Origin: Hydrolagus affinis
Taxonomy: Eukaryota
Assembly (NCBI GenBank): GCA_012026655.1
Contig: JAAILG010001282.1
Coordinates: 1-64,000, forward strand
Direction: 5' to 3'
DNA length: 64,000 nucleotides
Below are positions 61,816-64,000 of this stretch, in pieces. The notes under the pieces were generated by a model, which ran no database searches, was not told the origin of the DNA, and saw only the letters and a program-made list of their open reading frames with translations. The translations under genes and the position numbers were made by a program. Each line of letters starts with the position of its first letter. The stretch's first letter is position 1.

Positions 61816-62932
61816 GATTACTATGAAATCTTTGAGCCCCTTACTTGAGATCTTACTTGAGCCCAAGCAGATTTCAGAACCATGCACATCAAAAAGCTAA
61901 AGCAACTGAAAGTGAGTAGGTCAACAGTTTCAAAAAGTAGATCGACAACTGACAGTTTGGTGATTGGATCAACGTTACATGGATAGGTGTCAACTGAGAG
62001 AAATAAATACATACTTCATATCTTTTGGAGAGAGAAGTACACATTTTGTGTTAGAGAAGTACACATCTCTGAATTGGAAAGTGGTACTTTTGGGTTATTA
62101 AACTGATGCCTTCAATGACGGTCACTAATCTTGATAAAAGGCAGCACTTAACTGGGGTTACCTGTAAAAGAGGTCCCCTGTATTAGGACATTGATTGATC
62201 TCCTCTCAGTCACATCCTAAACCGTTACCACCAGCCAAACACACTAAACCTGAATGACCTGGATTCAGCGTCTCTGGCAGATTGCACACTCACAGCAGAT
62301 CATGAATTTGTTTTTTATTTTAATGAGTTTTGCTCCAGGGTTGCCTGATAGTGCTCTAGGTTGCTCACCATGTGTTCAGTCTAAGCAAAGATGGCCAGTG
62401 TGGTGAGCGAAGTGAACCAGTCCCTGTATCTGAAACATTGACTGTCCAGCGCCTTGGGACGACCTCCTGATGTGAAAGGCGCTATACAACTGTAATTTTT
62501 TTGTTGTTGTTGTTGTAATGTGCAAGTAAGTAGATCTTGTGTGAGGGACAGAAACAGTCTTGACTGTAATGTGCTTTGGATGGTCCCCTCGAAGTGAAAG
62601 GCACTGTACAAGTGTAATTTGTTGTTGTGGTTAATGCCATACGTGGAAACCACTATTAGAAGGGGAGGGTTAAGGTTAGGGATATACAACAACAACAGCA
62701 AAATTATACCTGTACACTATATCACTTTACAAACAAAAACTATTTTTACCCTCCTGTTCATTTGCCTCTAAATTTTGGCCTCCTCTTCTTCTGAAATCAT
62801 TTGATTCCCCTTTCATTGTAATGGAGAATGATTCCAGCAGAGTTGGCATTCCTCTGCAGCTTGATCAAGTGGCTACCATTCATGTATGAGGCTTGAGAGT
62901 GTTAGCAGATTATTCTATTATGATTCAGATTA

Positions 62933-63231
62933 TGTAGCTCAGTGGGATCGCCTTGCAAGCAAGAGACCTGGGTTCGATTCCAGGCGAGGCAAAACCTTGC
63001 GCAAGTTTCCTTTCTCCACATGCCTGATAATAATCCCTTAAAAAAAACAATAATCAATTGGTCATTTCAATCCACGACTGTTTGTGGGACACTGTTGTGC
63101 TCATTTGGCTGCAGTGTTTTGCCCATAAAATATCCAGTCAATTCACATTACATTATTTTCTGTGAAGGGCTTTGAGACGTCATGAAGACTTGAGAAGCGC
63201 TATATCATACGCAGGGATTATTATTATTATT
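62933..63231 (+). mobile_element. tRNA-headed SINE, short form
   Basis: TGTAGCTCAGTGG...GGGTTCGATTCC...GGATTATTATTATTATT. Confidence 0.9.
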
Positions 63232-63437
63232 CAACTGGGGAGGCATCACAGTTGAGTCGATTTCTGTGCCTCACACAAGGTCTACATACTTGCACCTTCC
63301 AGCAGAGGTCTCTGGGTAGCTATCGGGAGCGAAAATACTGTCTAATTTTCTTTCCCTAACTCAGGGGTGTTGAGGCCAATTTTAACACCCCCAACTGCTG
63401 CTTCAGCTGACAACAGCTTTAGCACAGGCTGGGATTC
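63232..63437 (-). mobile_element. Second AmnSINE2-like copy
   Basis: GGCATCACAG...TTCCAGCAGAGGTC...TGAGGCCAATT...AGCACAGGCTGGGA aligns with 31765-31965. Confidence 0.65.
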
Positions 63438-63439
63438 CA

Positions 63440-63655
63440 ACAACAACAGCATAAAACTTTACACAGGGCAGTGTCGTAGAGCACCTGTGGAGCCTGACGC
63501 CGAGCGGGGGTGGTCGGGGCGGGGTTTGAAGAGGAAGGTCTTCAGTTGTAATCTAAAAGAGCGGACGAAGAGGGCAAGGCGGAGGGATTGAGGGGGACAG
63601 TTCTAAAGCTCTGGGATGTGGCTGAAAGTGCAGCTGCCAATGATGAACCAGAGGG
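63440..63655 (-). mobile_element. L2 3' fragment
   Basis: (CAA)n tail and GAAGAGGAAGGTCTTCAG...GGGATTGAGGGGG...GTGGCTGAAAG (rc of the 51185/61295 type). Confidence 0.65.
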
Positions 63656-64000
63656 GCCCACAACCTGCAACCTTTGGTTTATATAGAAGTGCCTTTATAC
63701 AATAACAACTACAACAAATTTATACTGCGCTTTTCACGTCGGGAGAACCAGACCATCAAAGGAGCTAATTCAATACATTTTTTTAAATAAAAAAGGCAAT
63801 ACTTTATTATGGTTTATGCTGAATTTTGCAAAGGCTTGCATTCCAGTAAAATTACTTACTGCATTGTATACCAGTTATGGTTTGTTCCCAAACTGTAAAT
63901 TTTTAAAAAAAAGTTTTGAAAAAAGGTCCATCTTTTTTCTGAATATGTGCCTCACCTTTCCTTGTTTGTTGGGCGTTTTGCCCTGGATAAGACCCTCGGA

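Noticed and set aside
961-63745. Many ~35-70-bp palindromic repeats resembling CRISPR repeats
   Set aside because: They are dispersed, in both orientations, irregularly spaced and carry microsatellite tails. These are L2/SINE 3' ends in vertebrate DNA, and no cas-like ORF is present.

Overview
Non-coding, repeat-rich vertebrate genomic DNA (intron or intergenic). The repeat repertoire points to a cartilaginous fish, probably a chimaera such as the elephant shark; this is inferred from recalled consensus sequences, not from a search. I find no credible cellular protein-coding gene: the only recognisable peptides are decayed L2 reverse-transcriptase and L1/Tx1 ORF2 fragments. The window contains dozens of tRNA-headed Deu-type SINEs in at least three related architectures, many L2 3' ends with (GTT)n tails, CR1 3' ends, two AmnSINE2-like copies, two TA-flanked Tigger-like MITEs, a probable non-autonomous Helitron and a Penelope-derived foldback with a degenerate hammerhead core. 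The most informative structure is at 39.9-43.0 kb. Two separate Tx1-clade insertions sit in tandem at the same 15-bp site (consensus TTTATAGTGCGGGTG, present three times), which suggests a sequence-specific retrotransposon. The longer copy was later invaded by a MITE and a CR1. Several repeat-free blocks carry dense developmental TF motifs (an E-box cluster near 21.0 kb; PBX-MEIS/TCF/RFX motifs near 43.9 kb) and may be enhancers. Repeat boundaries were read by eye and are approximate (about +/-10-20 bp) unless a TSD or TIR is given.
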